Shown here: positions 1 through 9,680 of the stretch, piece by piece
Layout of the letters: every line of letters starts with the position of its first letter
Position numbering within the stretch: position 1 is the stretch's first letter
Origin: Spirochaetota bacterium
GTDB lineage: Bacteria > Spirochaetota > UBA4802 > UBA5550
Length of the DNA: 64,000 nt
Direction of reading: 5' to 3'
Assembly (NCBI GenBank): GCA_963664815.2
Contig: CAXXHB010000001.1
Location: 29,511 to 93,510 of the forward strand
Program-made: the position numbers and the translations under genes
The notes under the pieces: model-generated
Database searches by the model: none
What the model was told of the DNA's origin: nothing
What the model saw: only the letters and a program-made list of their open reading frames with translations

Positions 1-2
1 TC

Positions 3-386
3 ATGGAGACAATTGAATCACATGTTTTTGGCCGAGGTTATGCTTACCGTCAAGGCGGAGATGAATATCTTATACTTTTGCCGAGCATTAATCTTAATGA
101 TGCAATAAAAACTTTTGATGATTTAAGGCAAAAATTAGCCAATTTAGAGTATCCCAATATTCGTGAGCGCACGACTGTATCCATCGGACTTTGTTTTGTG
201 AACCAGGAATGTTTTCTAACAGACAGCGAGGTCCGCGAAAAGGCGAATGATGCTAGTAAATATGCTAAAGAACATAATGGTAAACAAATGAAAAATTGTA
301 TTGCAACATATAACGGGAGCAGATACAGGCAAGAGGATCTATATGTGGCTGCACCCGTGGATCCGGTGAAAACTGCTACTGATTAA
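3..386 (+). CDS. GGDEF-domain protein, C-terminal part (runs off window start)
   Basis: AYRQGGDEY motif, then TVSIG and ANDASKYAK..GKN-like segments typical of diguanylate cyclase domains. Confidence 0.8.
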   Translation: METIESHVFGRGYAYRQGGDEYLILLPSINLNDAIKTFDDLRQKLANLEYPNIRERTTVSIGLCFVNQECFLTDSEVREKANDASKYAKEHNGKQMKNCIATYNGSRYRQEDLYVAAPVDPVKTATD

Positions 387-548
387 TAAATGCTTTTTAC
401 TTCATGTTTCTCCCATGTGGAATGTTTAGTTCAGAATCATTGGCAGCTATGAACCAGAATATACAAGAAAAAAGATATAAATCATACATTTTAATACCTG
501 GCTAATCAAAAGGTGGCTGGAATGTATAAAATATTACTATATCATATT

Positions 549-842
549 TTATGACTGAATTGATTTAATAATACAAACAACCCAGTTTGAGAGCAGCTGC
601 AGCAGAAATCCAAAGGTCAAAAAAGCTAGACCAATTTTCATTTTGTAATACTTTTGTTTTTCATATTCAGCATATTTTGGGTTTTCTGTTACCGGGGGAA
701 CACCGGGTATATGTGCTAATGGAAGAGAATGAAACTTACTGCCATGAAACTGTTTAACAACCTCCCATGCAACAAGCCAGGCACCTATGACATCACAGAT
801 AAGGCCTGCGGAGTTTATGATTTTATCAAGATGTGATATCAT
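549..842 (-). CDS. small two-TM membrane protein
   Basis: Two hydrophobic segments (AGLICDVIGAWLVAW; IGLAFLTFGFLLQLL). Confidence 0.6.
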   Translation of the reverse strand: MISHLDKIINSAGLICDVIGAWLVAWEVVKQFHGSKFHSLPLAHIPGVPPVTENPKYAEYEKQKYYKMKIGLAFLTFGFLLQLLSNWVVCIIKSIQS

Positions 843-988
843 TAAACACTTCCATTATCCATTCAATTGCACTCTTGCCATTGACTACATATTCATAAGC
901 TTTAGCCGGAATGTTTTCAATTGTTCTTTTACTGTTATACGCCTTTTGATAGTATCTGCTCTTTTGGTGATTTTTAATGTCATTATTT

Positions 989-1264
989 TTATTTAAAACT
1001 TACTTCCAGTTTTTTACCAAGAACCTCTGCCACCTTTTCAAGAGTTGAGAGCCTTACGCTTTCCGCATGGTTTTCGAGCCGGGATACCGCGCTTTTTGTT
1101 GTCTTCAGTTTTTTTGCCAGCTCCTCCTGGGTTATACCTTTACTGGTCCTTAATTCCTTTATGCGTGCGCCTATCATCATGTTGTTATATTCTTCCATGA
1201 TGCCTTTTTTAAAACCTGGTGTTTTCTTTTCGCGTTTTGCGATGTATTTTTCAAGGTCACTCAT
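989..1264 (-). CDS. XRE-family HTH antitoxin (HigA-like), orphan
   Basis: MSDLEKYI...IKELRTSKGITQEELAKKLKTTKSAVSRLEN; AGGAG RBS upstream; no toxin gene upstream. Confidence 0.8.
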   Translation of the reverse strand: MSDLEKYIAKREKKTPGFKKGIMEEYNNMMIGARIKELRTSKGITQEELAKKLKTTKSAVSRLENHAESVRLSTLEKVAEVLGKKLEVSFK

Positions 1265-1419
1265 CGGCTGTTCCTCCTTTCTATAACTATATAAATGCAA
1301 ACCCGCTTAACAGGGGGCCGGCTGTCGGGGGTCTGGACGGTTTTGGGCTTTACAGACGAGATGGAAAGAAAGATACAAATGCAGCAAAAGAGAGAGGCTC
1401 ACCTGCCAAAACGGTGCTT

Positions 1420-1571
1420 CAGCAGTATGAAGACCCTGTTAAAAACCGTTTCAATACCGTTTCAATTCCGTTTACGACAGAGAAAAACGTGCGTTTATAG
1501 CTGTCAACAGCGTGTTTGAGGCGAAACTAAAGTGAAATTAAAGCGAAGTTGACTTTTCTGTAAAGAGAGTC
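1420..1571 (+). repeat. dispersed ~150-bp element, copy 1 (copy 2 inverted at 29764-29903)
   Basis: Shared blocks agcagtatgaagaccc, ccgtttcaat repeats, gtgtttgaggcg, acttttctgta. Confidence 0.8.
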
Positions 1572-2270
1572 TGGCTTTTATCATAAATCCGCCGTGGTAT
1601 TGATCATAAAACTGTTGATGCACAGCGTTGAGTACGCGGGAGTACGATACCTCTATCCGCAGGAAATCCCGATAATCCTTAAATCCTGTAATCGTGTTCA
1701 GAATTATTTATATAACAGGTTTAAGTACGGAACTGGTTTCTTTGCTGCGATCCCACTAGTTGAAAAAGGAAAGCAGTTGTCCACCTTAAGCTCAGTAAGT
1801 TTTTCTTTACCGTCAGCTACGCAATGACCGTGTTATGCTCTGTAAAAGCTAAATTAATGTTTCTTGACTTATGCAATAATATCTGCAGTATAAGTATAAT
1901 ATTTAACTCATCCAGCTTCAAGGCACGGGGAGCGAATGCGTACTCTCGGACAGCACCTTCAATTTCCCGCAGATTCAGGGTAAGTCAAGGTAGAGTGAGA
2001 GAAAAAAACAAGTCGCTATTTCTAGCGACGCAGGAAATGGGGAGTAAAAAACTCGTTCCAAAATAAACATACATGGTATGCAAGGAGGATATATCATGAA
2101 AAAGACTATTAATTTATAGGTTAAACTTTATCAGGGAAGTTACAATTATTTATAAACCAGGGAATCCATTTCTATTAAACTATCCGGCAGGGCCGGCATT
2201 TCTTTACCAGTATTATTTGTCTGTTTCATCAATTAAGAGCCATAGTTTATTTTTTAAAAGAATTCTGAAC

Positions 2271-2301
2271 AGACAACCCCGGCAATTTACCGGGGTTGTC
2301 T
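2271..2301 (-). terminator. hairpin downstream of tatA
   Basis: agacaaccccgg-caattta-ccggggttgtct inverted repeat. Confidence 0.6.
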
Positions 2302-2352
2302 GCAGTTAAAATTAAATTCGAAAGTATTTTAAGAAGGCTTCTTTTTTCTCTC

Positions 2353-2532
2353 TTATTTTTTCTTTTTCTCGTCAGCCTTTTCTTCTTCTTCAAGTTCGCC
2401 ACTCATGGCTTTTTTAAACTGATTTATTCCTTTTCCCAGGTCTTTTGCTATAGAAGGGACCTTTCCAGCTCCAAAAAGTACAAGTACAATTAAAAAAATA
2501 ACAACAAGTTCCCCCATGCCGGGCATGCTCAT
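2353..2532 (-). CDS. tatA: twin-arginine translocase TatA/E subunit (59 aa, below ORF-track cut-off)
   Basis: Manual translation [46 protein letters not shown]...; GGAGG RBS. Confidence 0.9.
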   Translation of the reverse strand: MSMPGMGELVVIFLIVLVLFGAGKVPSIAKDLGKGINQFKKAMSGELEEEEKADEKKKK

Positions 2533-3063
2533 ATAAAAACCTCCATATATTTTTAATTATGTTATATTTTTCAAAAGGTGGTTACAAATAATTTACTGTC
2601 AATCACTCAATTGTTTTTATCGCTATTTAATCAATATTAATTCATTAACATTGATTTTAGTGCAAAATAAAGGCTTATATCTCCCCTCCACCGCATCTTT
2701 TAACGCATGCGCTGTTCGTTCCGTTACATTCTCCGGATGTTTTTGTCGGAGTATCAATCAACTCTGCACAGCTTCTCTCTGAACTATGGCCCGGTGAGCA
2801 TAAATGTATGGCATACACAGCATCCCATACATTTCTTGAGTATTACCATCTGCCGTATGATCGTCTGCCGGTTCCGACAAGGTATGTTAATGATCTTAAT
2901 TAATCGAAGTTAAAATCCGGGTGAATATTATTTCCCCCGGTTTCCGGTTTCATACACAGGAACGCAGAAAAGTTTACGGAGGTATTGCTTATAAACAGAA
3001 CTGTTGTTATATTAATCACTGAATCCATAAAAAGTAAATTCAGCATGCAATAAAGCGGGGCAT

Positions 3064-3687
3064 ATGAGAACAGCAGGAAAAGCCGGAATTTTAAATTTTT
3101 TTCTTTGTATAACATCTTTTATCTTAATAATATCTTTTATTTCAATAACATCTTTTATCTCAATAACAGTGGCATTCTCCAGTGAGACTGTCTTTACACC
3201 GGTTACCATGGATGAGCTGATACGCAGTTCGGATTTTATTGCCATAGTGGAAAACCCCCCTGTGGAGACCTCCACGGAAAATATATTCACAGGCCTGTTT
3301 AACCCTTCATTTAAAAAAGTCACAAATCACTTCAGGGTAGTGGAGGTTCTCTACAGAAAACCTGACCTGGATGTTGACACGAAAAATATAATCAGAGTAG
3401 TGATGCCGCACTATCTCTCAAAGCTCTCCGCCCATAAATCCTACTACAAGGAAAGAATAAGCGGGTCTTATATCTATGACCGCTATCCGAATCATGATAA
3501 TTATGATATAAAAGAGAAAAGTTTAATCCTCTACGCAAAACAGCATTTTGCCGCTAAAAGATTTTCTGAAGATGAAATTGTACCTGTCAAAGGCGTTCTG
3601 GAGTGGACCATGGAAAACTCCTATGACCTCCTTCCGGACAGGGATAAGATTTTGCAGATTCTTAAATTCCAGGGGAAGATTAAGTAA
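3064..3687 (+). CDS. hypothetical exported protein
   Basis: 207-aa ORF with a hydrophobic N-terminus expanded by three 18-bp tandem units (~3109-3165). Confidence 0.6.
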   Translation: MRTAGKAGILNFFLCITSFILIISFISITSFISITVAFSSETVFTPVTMDELIRSSDFIAIVENPPVETSTENIFTGLFNPSFKKVTNHFRVVEVLYRKPDLDVDTKNIIRVVMPHYLSKLSAHKSYYKERISGSYIYDRYPNHDNYDIKEKSLILYAKQHFAAKRFSEDEIVPVKGVLEWTMENSYDLLPDRDKILQILKFQGKIK

Positions 3688-3768
3688 ACTATAAGGCTTT
3701 ATATGGTTTCCAGGATTTTATAATAAAAAGAGTTGACCATGTAACTATTTTTGATTACATTGCCGGAG

Positions 3769-4032
3769 ATGTTTAATGTAAGAATAAATAAAAAATCCCA
3801 GAAGAACATTGAAAAAATGCCTGCAGAGATAAAGGATGTTATGGCATTTTTAATTGAAGACTTAACTAATAAAGGACCAATGTTAAAAGACTGGGCTAAT
3901 TTCAGCAGGCTGGAAGATAATAAATATCACTGCCATCTATCTTATAAATGGGTAGCGTGCTGGAAAAATGAAAAGAATTCTATAACAATAGAGGTGTATT
4001 ATGCAGGTTCACGTGAAAACGCCCCATATTAA
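3769..4032 (+). CDS. RelE/HigB-like toxin, paralog 1
   Basis: Basic 87-aa protein ending IEVYYAGSRENAPY; overlaps the downstream XRE gene. Confidence 0.75.
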   Translation: MFNVRINKKSQKNIEKMPAEIKDVMAFLIEDLTNKGPMLKDWANFSRLEDNKYHCHLSYKWVACWKNEKNSITIEVYYAGSRENAPY

Positions 4033-4363
4033 AATTGATATTGAAGGGGAAATCCCGGAATCAATACTGGCAATCGTTAAAAAAGAATATGGAACAAAAG
4101 TAAAAATAGAAAATGACGACGAATATATTTCAGCTGTCGAAACTGAATGGTATAAAAAAACAATGGAAGATATGACCCCGGCACGCGCTATGAAGGCATA
4201 TAGATTATCCAGAGGGATGACTCAGATAGAATTAGGGAATAAATTGGGAGGTATACCCCGACAGCATATTTCAAATATGGAAAAAGGTATCAGAAAAATA
4301 AATATTGAACTGGCAAAAAAACTGGCTGAGCTTTTCAAAGTTTCTGTAGAAAAATTTATTTAA
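4001..4363 (+). CDS. XRE-family HTH antitoxin, paralog 1
   Basis: C-terminal HTH: YRLSRGMTQIELGNKLGGIPRQHISNMEKG. Confidence 0.8.
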   Translation: MQVHVKTPHIKIDIEGEIPESILAIVKKEYGTKVKIENDDEYISAVETEWYKKTMEDMTPARAMKAYRLSRGMTQIELGNKLGGIPRQHISNMEKGIRKINIELAKKLAELFKVSVEKFI

Positions 4364-4438
4364 CCTTATTTACTTGACATGATTTTATAATATACTGAGA
4401 TCTTTACATACAACTGACAAAAAAGGTTTATTAAAAGT

Positions 4439-5692
4439 ATGGCTGCCAGATATAAAAAAGATATTCAATACGCCAAATTCAGCGCATATGGATTCCTCAA
4501 AAACCTTAAGCTCTTTGAGCCGTTTCTGGTTTTATTCCTCCTTGAAAAGAATATGAGCTTTACCCTTATCGGCACGCTTTACGCCTACCGCGAAATCATG
4601 ACCAACCTGCTGGAGGTTCCAACCGGAGTTATTGCCGATGCCCTCGGCAGAAGGCGTACAATGGTGCAGTCTTTTCTGTCATATATAATCTCTTTTATAA
4701 TATTCTACTATGCTTCCTCCTTCTGGGTTTTAATGCTCGGCATGACGCTGTTTGCCTTCGGCGAAGCGTTCAGGGGGGGGACACACAAGGCAATGATATT
4801 CGAATACCTGAGGATGAACGGCTGGGAGGATCAGAAGGTCGATTACTACGGGCATACCCGTTCATGGTCGCAGAAGGGATCGGCCCTTTCAGCGCTTATT
4901 GCTGCGGGGATTGTTTTTGTAAGCGGCCGTTACGATGTTATCTTCCTGGTCTCAATTCTGCCATATATCGTAAACCTGCTGCTTATGCTTTCCTATCCGC
5001 AGGAACTCGACGGGGAACTGAACAAAAGCGGATCTGTTAAAGAGAGTTTTGTAACCGTCTGGAAAAGTCTGGTTATTACATTTAAAGGCCACGGAGCTCT
5101 CCGGGCAACAACCAACGTCTGCATCTATGACGGATTCTACAATGCCGTGAAGGATTTTCTGCAGCCTGTAGTCAAGACTATGGCCGTAGCAATGCCGCTT
5201 CTGGCCTTCCTGCAGGAGAAACAGCGCTCCGCTGTTCTGGTCGGTATTGTATATTTCTTCATCTATCTGATGACCTCGCGTGCAAGCAGCCGCTCCGGCG
5301 ACTTTGCCTCGCACTTTAAGATAATCACCAGGCCCCTGAACATTACAATGCTCTCCGGTTTCGGCCTGGGCATATTCTGCGGCCTCAGCTATCTTTTACA
5401 CTTTAACATGGCGGCGATACTGTTTTTCACCGGTATATTCATTATTCAGAACCTGCGATCCCCCATGAGCGTAAGCTATGTCAGCGACACAGTCCCATAT
5501 GAAATCCTGGCTACGTCTCTTTCAGTCCGCTCCCTTGTGACTGCCTTTTACACTGCAGTCATGGCCTTTGTAATCGGGGTTATTGCCGACCATTTCGGCC
5601 TTGGACAGGCGCTGATTATTCTCGCCGCGGCCCTTATTCTACTGACGCCACTTTACCTGGTCAGGCCAGCGGAAAACACGGCATTAAATTAA
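4439..5692 (+). CDS. MFS transporter
   Basis: 417 aa, ~12 TM segments, motif-A-like EVPTGVIADALGRRRT. Confidence 0.9.
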   Translation: MAARYKKDIQYAKFSAYGFLKNLKLFEPFLVLFLLEKNMSFTLIGTLYAYREIMTNLLEVPTGVIADALGRRRTMVQSFLSYIISFIIFYYASSFWVLMLGMTLFAFGEAFRGGTHKAMIFEYLRMNGWEDQKVDYYGHTRSWSQKGSALSALIAAGIVFVSGRYDVIFLVSILPYIVNLLLMLSYPQELDGELNKSGSVKESFVTVWKSLVITFKGHGALRATTNVCIYDGFYNAVKDFLQPVVKTMAVAMPLLAFLQEKQRSAVLVGIVYFFIYLMTSRASSRSGDFASHFKIITRPLNITMLSGFGLGIFCGLSYLLHFNMAAILFFTGIFIIQNLRSPMSVSYVSDTVPYEILATSLSVRSLVTAFYTAVMAFVIGVIADHFGLGQALIILAAALILLTPLYLVRPAENTALN

Positions 5693-5796
5693 AGCCGGTA
5701 TAGTATACATTCAGCGACCGACCCCGCACCTGCTTCGACAGGCCCCGGCAACATTACACCACTGCCAGTATAGTATACCTTCAGCATCAGGAACCT

Positions 5797-5864
5797 AACA
5801 GCCCCCGCACCCCCGGAGGGGGCAAAGCAAAATCCTTGCCCCCTCCGGGGGTGCGGGGGCTGTT
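5797..5864. repeat. REP-like palindrome family A (also 30037-30085/31780-31796, 38116-38172, 39544-39600, 53585-53650, 55050-55138, 57412-57477, 59036-59101, 61286-61336/63044-63060)
   Basis: aacagcccccgcacccccggagggggcaa-N~9-ttgccccctccgggggtgcgggggctgtt hairpin seen at least 9 times. Confidence 0.95.
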
Positions 5865-6175
5865 GAAGCAGGTGCGGAGGCTGCCTGCAGAATCATTAAA
5901 GAAAGTAAGTCTGAGAAGCAGAAAGTTATTAATCTATATATATAATTCCAATTCTGGCTCTCATACTTGGAACAATCTTTGTAATCAGGTACTTTATATC
6001 AAGTACAGACCCCGATGATGATATAAAAAATAATAATTCAAATCGAATGTTGTCACGATACAAAAACAAAAAATGAACACTCATCCGGATATCAGAATGC
6101 ATGGAAGCTTGTTGTTATAAGCATAGCCAGGTTTGGTATAAGGTTTGCGGCTGACTTGAGTTTTGCCGATATTTT

Positions 6176-6490
6176 TCACTTTTTTTTACATCCCTGCCCG
6201 GAGCTTCCATATACCACCGGCAAAGTCTCAAACAATTCTGAACACCGCACGCATACCCTGTACCTCCTTGCGCTGTATTCATAATACCTGATCATAACCG
6301 TATCCTCAATATTGAAGTAACTGCCGCACCGGTTGCACCTCCTTCTGTTTCCACCTCTCCGCACAGATAAATTACCTCTTTTCCTGTTTCTCTCCATAAA
6401 CTTATAGCTCCGGTCTATTATCGGTTCGATTTCCGGATTTAACGGGGGGAAGACTATTCGCGGAAAATTAAAATCAGTTCTCTTTTTCAT
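6176..6490 (-). CDS. small basic protein with a CxxC...CxxC zinc finger
   Basis: CNRC...CVRC motifs. Confidence 0.5.
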   Translation of the reverse strand: MKKRTDFNFPRIVFPPLNPEIEPIIDRSYKFMERNRKRGNLSVRRGGNRRRCNRCGSYFNIEDTVMIRYYEYSARRYRVCVRCSELFETLPVVYGSSGQGCKKK

Positions 6491-6733
6491 AGTGAATCAT
6501 CCGTAATGTTTAAAACTGCATATCATGAACCTACTGATATAACGATCTGATGTTTTGAGTCAATGCCCGGAAGTTATGATTTGAATGGAAAGTACGGATT
6601 GTTTCGTTTTTTTTTAAGTATAGACCTGTTTATAATAAAAAATGTAATATCTGCCTGCTGATAATAAATGAATAGATGTCTGACCGCATATAAAAATATT
6701 TGACAGGTAGTAATTATTTTACTACCATGATTT

Positions 6734-6997
6734 ATGTTTACAGTAAAATTAAAAAAACAGGCTCAAAAGAGCATTGATAAGATGCCTGTGCAGATTGTGA
6801 AGCGTCTCTTTCAGCTCGTAGATGACCTTGAAAGAAGCGGATCTATACAATCAAGCTGGCCGAATTACAGCAGGTTAAGCGAAAATGAGTTTCATTGCCA
6901 CTTATCTCATAAATGGGTTGCATGCTGGCGACATGAAAATAATTCAATTATAATCGAGGTATATTATGCAGGTTCACGTGAAAACGCCCCATATTAA
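6734..6997 (+). CDS. RelE/HigB-like toxin, paralog 2
   Basis: Clear paralog of 3769-4032 (HCHLS.KWVACW..E.NSI.IEVYYAGSRENAPY). Confidence 0.75.
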   Translation: MFTVKLKKQAQKSIDKMPVQIVKRLFQLVDDLERSGSIQSSWPNYSRLSENEFHCHLSHKWVACWRHENNSIIIEVYYAGSRENAPY

Positions 6998-7328
6998 AAT
7001 AGATATTTCGGGGGATATCCCCGAATCAGTTATTGCCGTATTGAAAAAGGAATACGGTAAAAAACTGCTGCTTTCTGATGATGAAGAATATGTTGATGCC
7101 AAAGATATGGAGTGGTACAAAAAGATTAAAGAGAAAATGACCCCCGGGGAGACTATGTCAATTTATAGAAAATTACATAAAATGACTCAGTCGCAACTTG
7201 GGGAAAAGCTGGGCGGCATCTCAAAACAGAATATTTCTCATATGGAAAAAGGGATACACCCGATAAGCAAAAAGATCGCCAAAGAGCTTGCCGCATTATT
7301 TCAGGTTTCTGTTGAGAAATTCATTTAA
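6966..7328 (+). CDS. XRE-family HTH antitoxin, paralog 2
   Basis: Paralog of 4001-4363. Confidence 0.8.
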   Translation: MQVHVKTPHIKIDISGDIPESVIAVLKKEYGKKLLLSDDEEYVDAKDMEWYKKIKEKMTPGETMSIYRKLHKMTQSQLGEKLGGISKQNISHMEKGIHPISKKIAKELAALFQVSVEKFI

Positions 7329-7349
7329 TTGTCTCTATCTTTAATCCGG

Positions 7350-7550
7350 TCAATCCTGAAAATTCTGATCCAGACGTTTTCTGCATTCCGCCAGATAGGT
7401 TTCTATTGAGCTTTGAGGGATATGGTATCTTCCGGTTGGAGAGGTTATTGCCCTGATCCAGCCGGCCTGTATGTATCTGCGGACTGTGACCGGATCTACA
7501 TTGATCATCCTGGCAGCCTGGGCCGGGGTGTAGAGTTGTTCAACCTTCAT
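7350..7550 (-). CDS. excisionase/MerR-like HTH_17 DNA-binding protein
   Basis: LYTPAQAARMINVDPVTVRRYIQAGWIRA...GRYHIP. Confidence 0.8.
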   Translation of the reverse strand: MKVEQLYTPAQAARMINVDPVTVRRYIQAGWIRAITSPTGRYHIPQSSIETYLAECRKRLDQNFQD

Positions 7551-7642
7551 AATTTCTATATATCTTCATGTAAAAAGCCCTGTCAATTAAAATGCAGGTA
7601 TATACTGTATGAAAATCTGGTACAGGCCTTTTAAACAGAATA

Positions 7643-8038
7643 TTATTTCATCCCGGGGATCTCTACCGGACTTTTCTCAAAGGATTTTGACCCTGTTGTG
7701 CATTTATAGCCTGGAAGTATAAGGAGAAGGAAGAGAGAGGCTATAATGAGCAGTACAGAGATAAACAGAAGAACCTTTTTCCAGTTTAAAAAGATCTCCC
7801 TGAAGACAAAAACTGTTGTTTCGTCCACACTGCCGGGATCACCGCAGTTCTCCTCAAGGCCAGGTTCAGAGACTCCACCGGCTGAATTTCTCTGCCTGGA
7901 CCCTGAAGGTAGGCGTTTGCCCAGAGAATATTTTATTAACCGGAACAGATCTTCTGCTCTCCCGCCTCCGGGAATGATACGCCCCGGAAGTGATAAAATT
8001 CCGGAAAAAGCAGTTTTGAGAATTTTAAATATAAGCAT
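7643..8038 (-). CDS. small membrane-anchored protein
   Basis: Single C-terminal TM (VLLFISVLLIIASLFLLLIL); GGAGG RBS. Confidence 0.55.
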   Translation of the reverse strand: MLIFKILKTAFSGILSLPGRIIPGGGRAEDLFRLIKYSLGKRLPSGSRQRNSAGGVSEPGLEENCGDPGSVDETTVFVFREIFLNWKKVLLFISVLLIIASLFLLLILPGYKCTTGSKSFEKSPVEIPGMK

Positions 8039-8065
8039 GGTAACCTCCCTGTTTTATTATGCTAT

Positions 8066-8740
8066 TTATTTTTTCCGGATGCGGAGATGTAGATGTTGCC
8101 TGTGCTGCCACATCCGGTATATTTCAGGATGATTCTTTTTATCACTGTATATCTCTAACGGATATTTATTCCATTCATTTGGTACAGGTCTCTTCATTCC
8201 CCCGGAACCGAAAAGTATCCTCCAGGGGGAATATAGATCAAGGATTTCTTCCCGCGCTACAAGACAGTCATACAGGATCTTTACCGGGGTTGGTTCCACC
8301 ATGTTGTTATCAATATCACGGAAAAATGCATCTCCGGTACCGTCTTTGAATGCAATCGCTGTTACATCTATTGCATGGCCGCTGTCGTGGCCGGCGGATA
8401 ATATGGCGGAACCCAGATTATAGTAAGTTGCCGAAACGGTTACACTTTTTATCAAGTGGATTTGTATCATCTCATAAAGCAGAAAGATCATGACCGGATC
8501 AATACTTTTGGCATAGGTTTTTAATGACATTCCATATTTGGCTGCAGCGGCTTCTGCTGTTTTGTTGAGGATGAATTCGGAACCTGCAAATATAAACCGG
8601 CTCCCTGAGATCATATCCGCAGAATTGATATATTCCTCTTTCAGGGATTCCAGGGAGATGTTTTTCAGCAGAGAGATACCGGGACCTGTCTCTGCTGCAG
8701 GTATCTGTTTTTTCTCATTCTTTTGATCCGTATTCTGCAT
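8066..8740 (-). CDS. M15/extensin-like (LAS) zinc peptidase, possible peptidoglycan hydrolase
   Basis: H-x6-D (HDSGHAID) plus C-terminal HxH (HRQHLHL). Confidence 0.6.
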   Translation of the reverse strand: MQNTDQKNEKKQIPAAETGPGISLLKNISLESLKEEYINSADMISGSRFIFAGSEFILNKTAEAAAAKYGMSLKTYAKSIDPVMIFLLYEMIQIHLIKSVTVSATYYNLGSAILSAGHDSGHAIDVTAIAFKDGTGDAFFRDIDNNMVEPTPVKILYDCLVAREEILDLYSPWRILFGSGGMKRPVPNEWNKYPLEIYSDKKNHPEIYRMWQHRQHLHLRIRKK

Positions 8741-8750
8741 AGTGCCCCCT

Positions 8751-9305
8751 TTATAAAATATCCTTTATTCCGGTAATACCGGTTTCGCGCAGCCTGTTAA
8801 AGAGTGACCTGCGGATAATGCTCTTTCTATACCTTGCGCGGCCCGATACGCTGTCAGATTCATTTAAATACTGATCAAGTACATTTTTATATTCCGGGAT
8901 GGAATCAAGAATTATACGCATGACAATGCCGTTTTCTGGATCTTCCGGAAGGGGAGGGGGGAGAAAAAGATCCTGAGCCTCACTGTAGTCCCGCCTTATA
9001 TTTTCAAGAAGAATGTTTTTTGCCGTTGAGTAAAGCCAGGGCCTTACGCTCTCCTCTTTCAGATTTTCTTTAATATCTTGATTAAAATCTTGATTAAAAT
9101 CTTCTTTGAGTGAACTCATTCTGAGGAAAAGACGGAGGTAAACATCCTGCAGAATATCCTCCGCCGTTTCATGGTTACCTGTTTCAGAGAAGAGGAAGCC
9201 GAGAAGTTCCCTGCGGTATTTTTTATAGTTTTCTGTAAAGCGCTGATCCTTATTAATTATAATAATTGACCCCCTGTTTTCCCCCTTTACCGCCCCCCGG
9301 AGCAA
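8751..9305 (-). CDS. ECF-like sigma-70 factor (region 2 clear, region 4 divergent; start uncertain)
   Basis: GNHETAEDILQDVYLRL...RPWLYSTAKNILLENIRR. Confidence 0.7.
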   Translation of the reverse strand: MLRGAVKGENRGSIIIINKDQRFTENYKKYRRELLGFLFSETGNHETAEDILQDVYLRLFLRMSSLKEDFNQDFNQDIKENLKEESVRPWLYSTAKNILLENIRRDYSEAQDLFLPPPLPEDPENGIVMRIILDSIPEYKNVLDQYLNESDSVSGRARYRKSIIRRSLFNRLRETGITGIKDIL

Positions 9306-9492
9306 CAGCCCCCTAAATCGGAAGAGGGCTTGAAGATACTGTTATTAAACTATTTGTGTTTTAATATATTTATCCCTGTATCCATCACATTCTTTTCCGG
9401 GTTTATAAGCATCTCCATTAATTTTATGGGTGAAATGAAAATGACATGGGGCAAGAAAAATACTTTTAAATTCAAAAAAAATTTAATCCGAC

Positions 9493-9531
9493 ACCGTCAT
9501 TCCGGCCTTGCAAAGCGTAGTGCCGGAATCT
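9493..9531. repeat. GTCATTCCGG-type REP-like hairpin
   Basis: ccgtcattccggc...gccggaatct. Confidence 0.5.
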
Positions 9532-9680
9532 GTACATGGCAGCATAGATTTATTTATCAACGATAGATTTCTGTACCTGTACTGATGAGCAGATTGTGAA
9601 AAAAGTTCAGCGGAAAAAATGACATGAAGTCACTTAACACCGGACGGCATGGATGCCGGAATAAAAAAATGGAGGTCTTT

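Noticed and set aside
1447-1475. CRISPR-like GTTTCAAT repeat starts
   Set aside because: Only 11-bp mini-repeats with no spacers, inside a dispersed element.
1921-1940. ZTP (pfl) riboswitch suggested by CACGGGGAGCG
   Set aside because: The upstream GACTGGCG and downstream CGCCTGGGC pseudoknot elements are absent.
5836-6018. Short ORFs containing PPPGVRGL or PRTPGGGK (also 29916, 31963, 39352, 57284, 57397, 58914, 61118)
   Set aside because: They are translations of the palindromic repeats, not supported genes.
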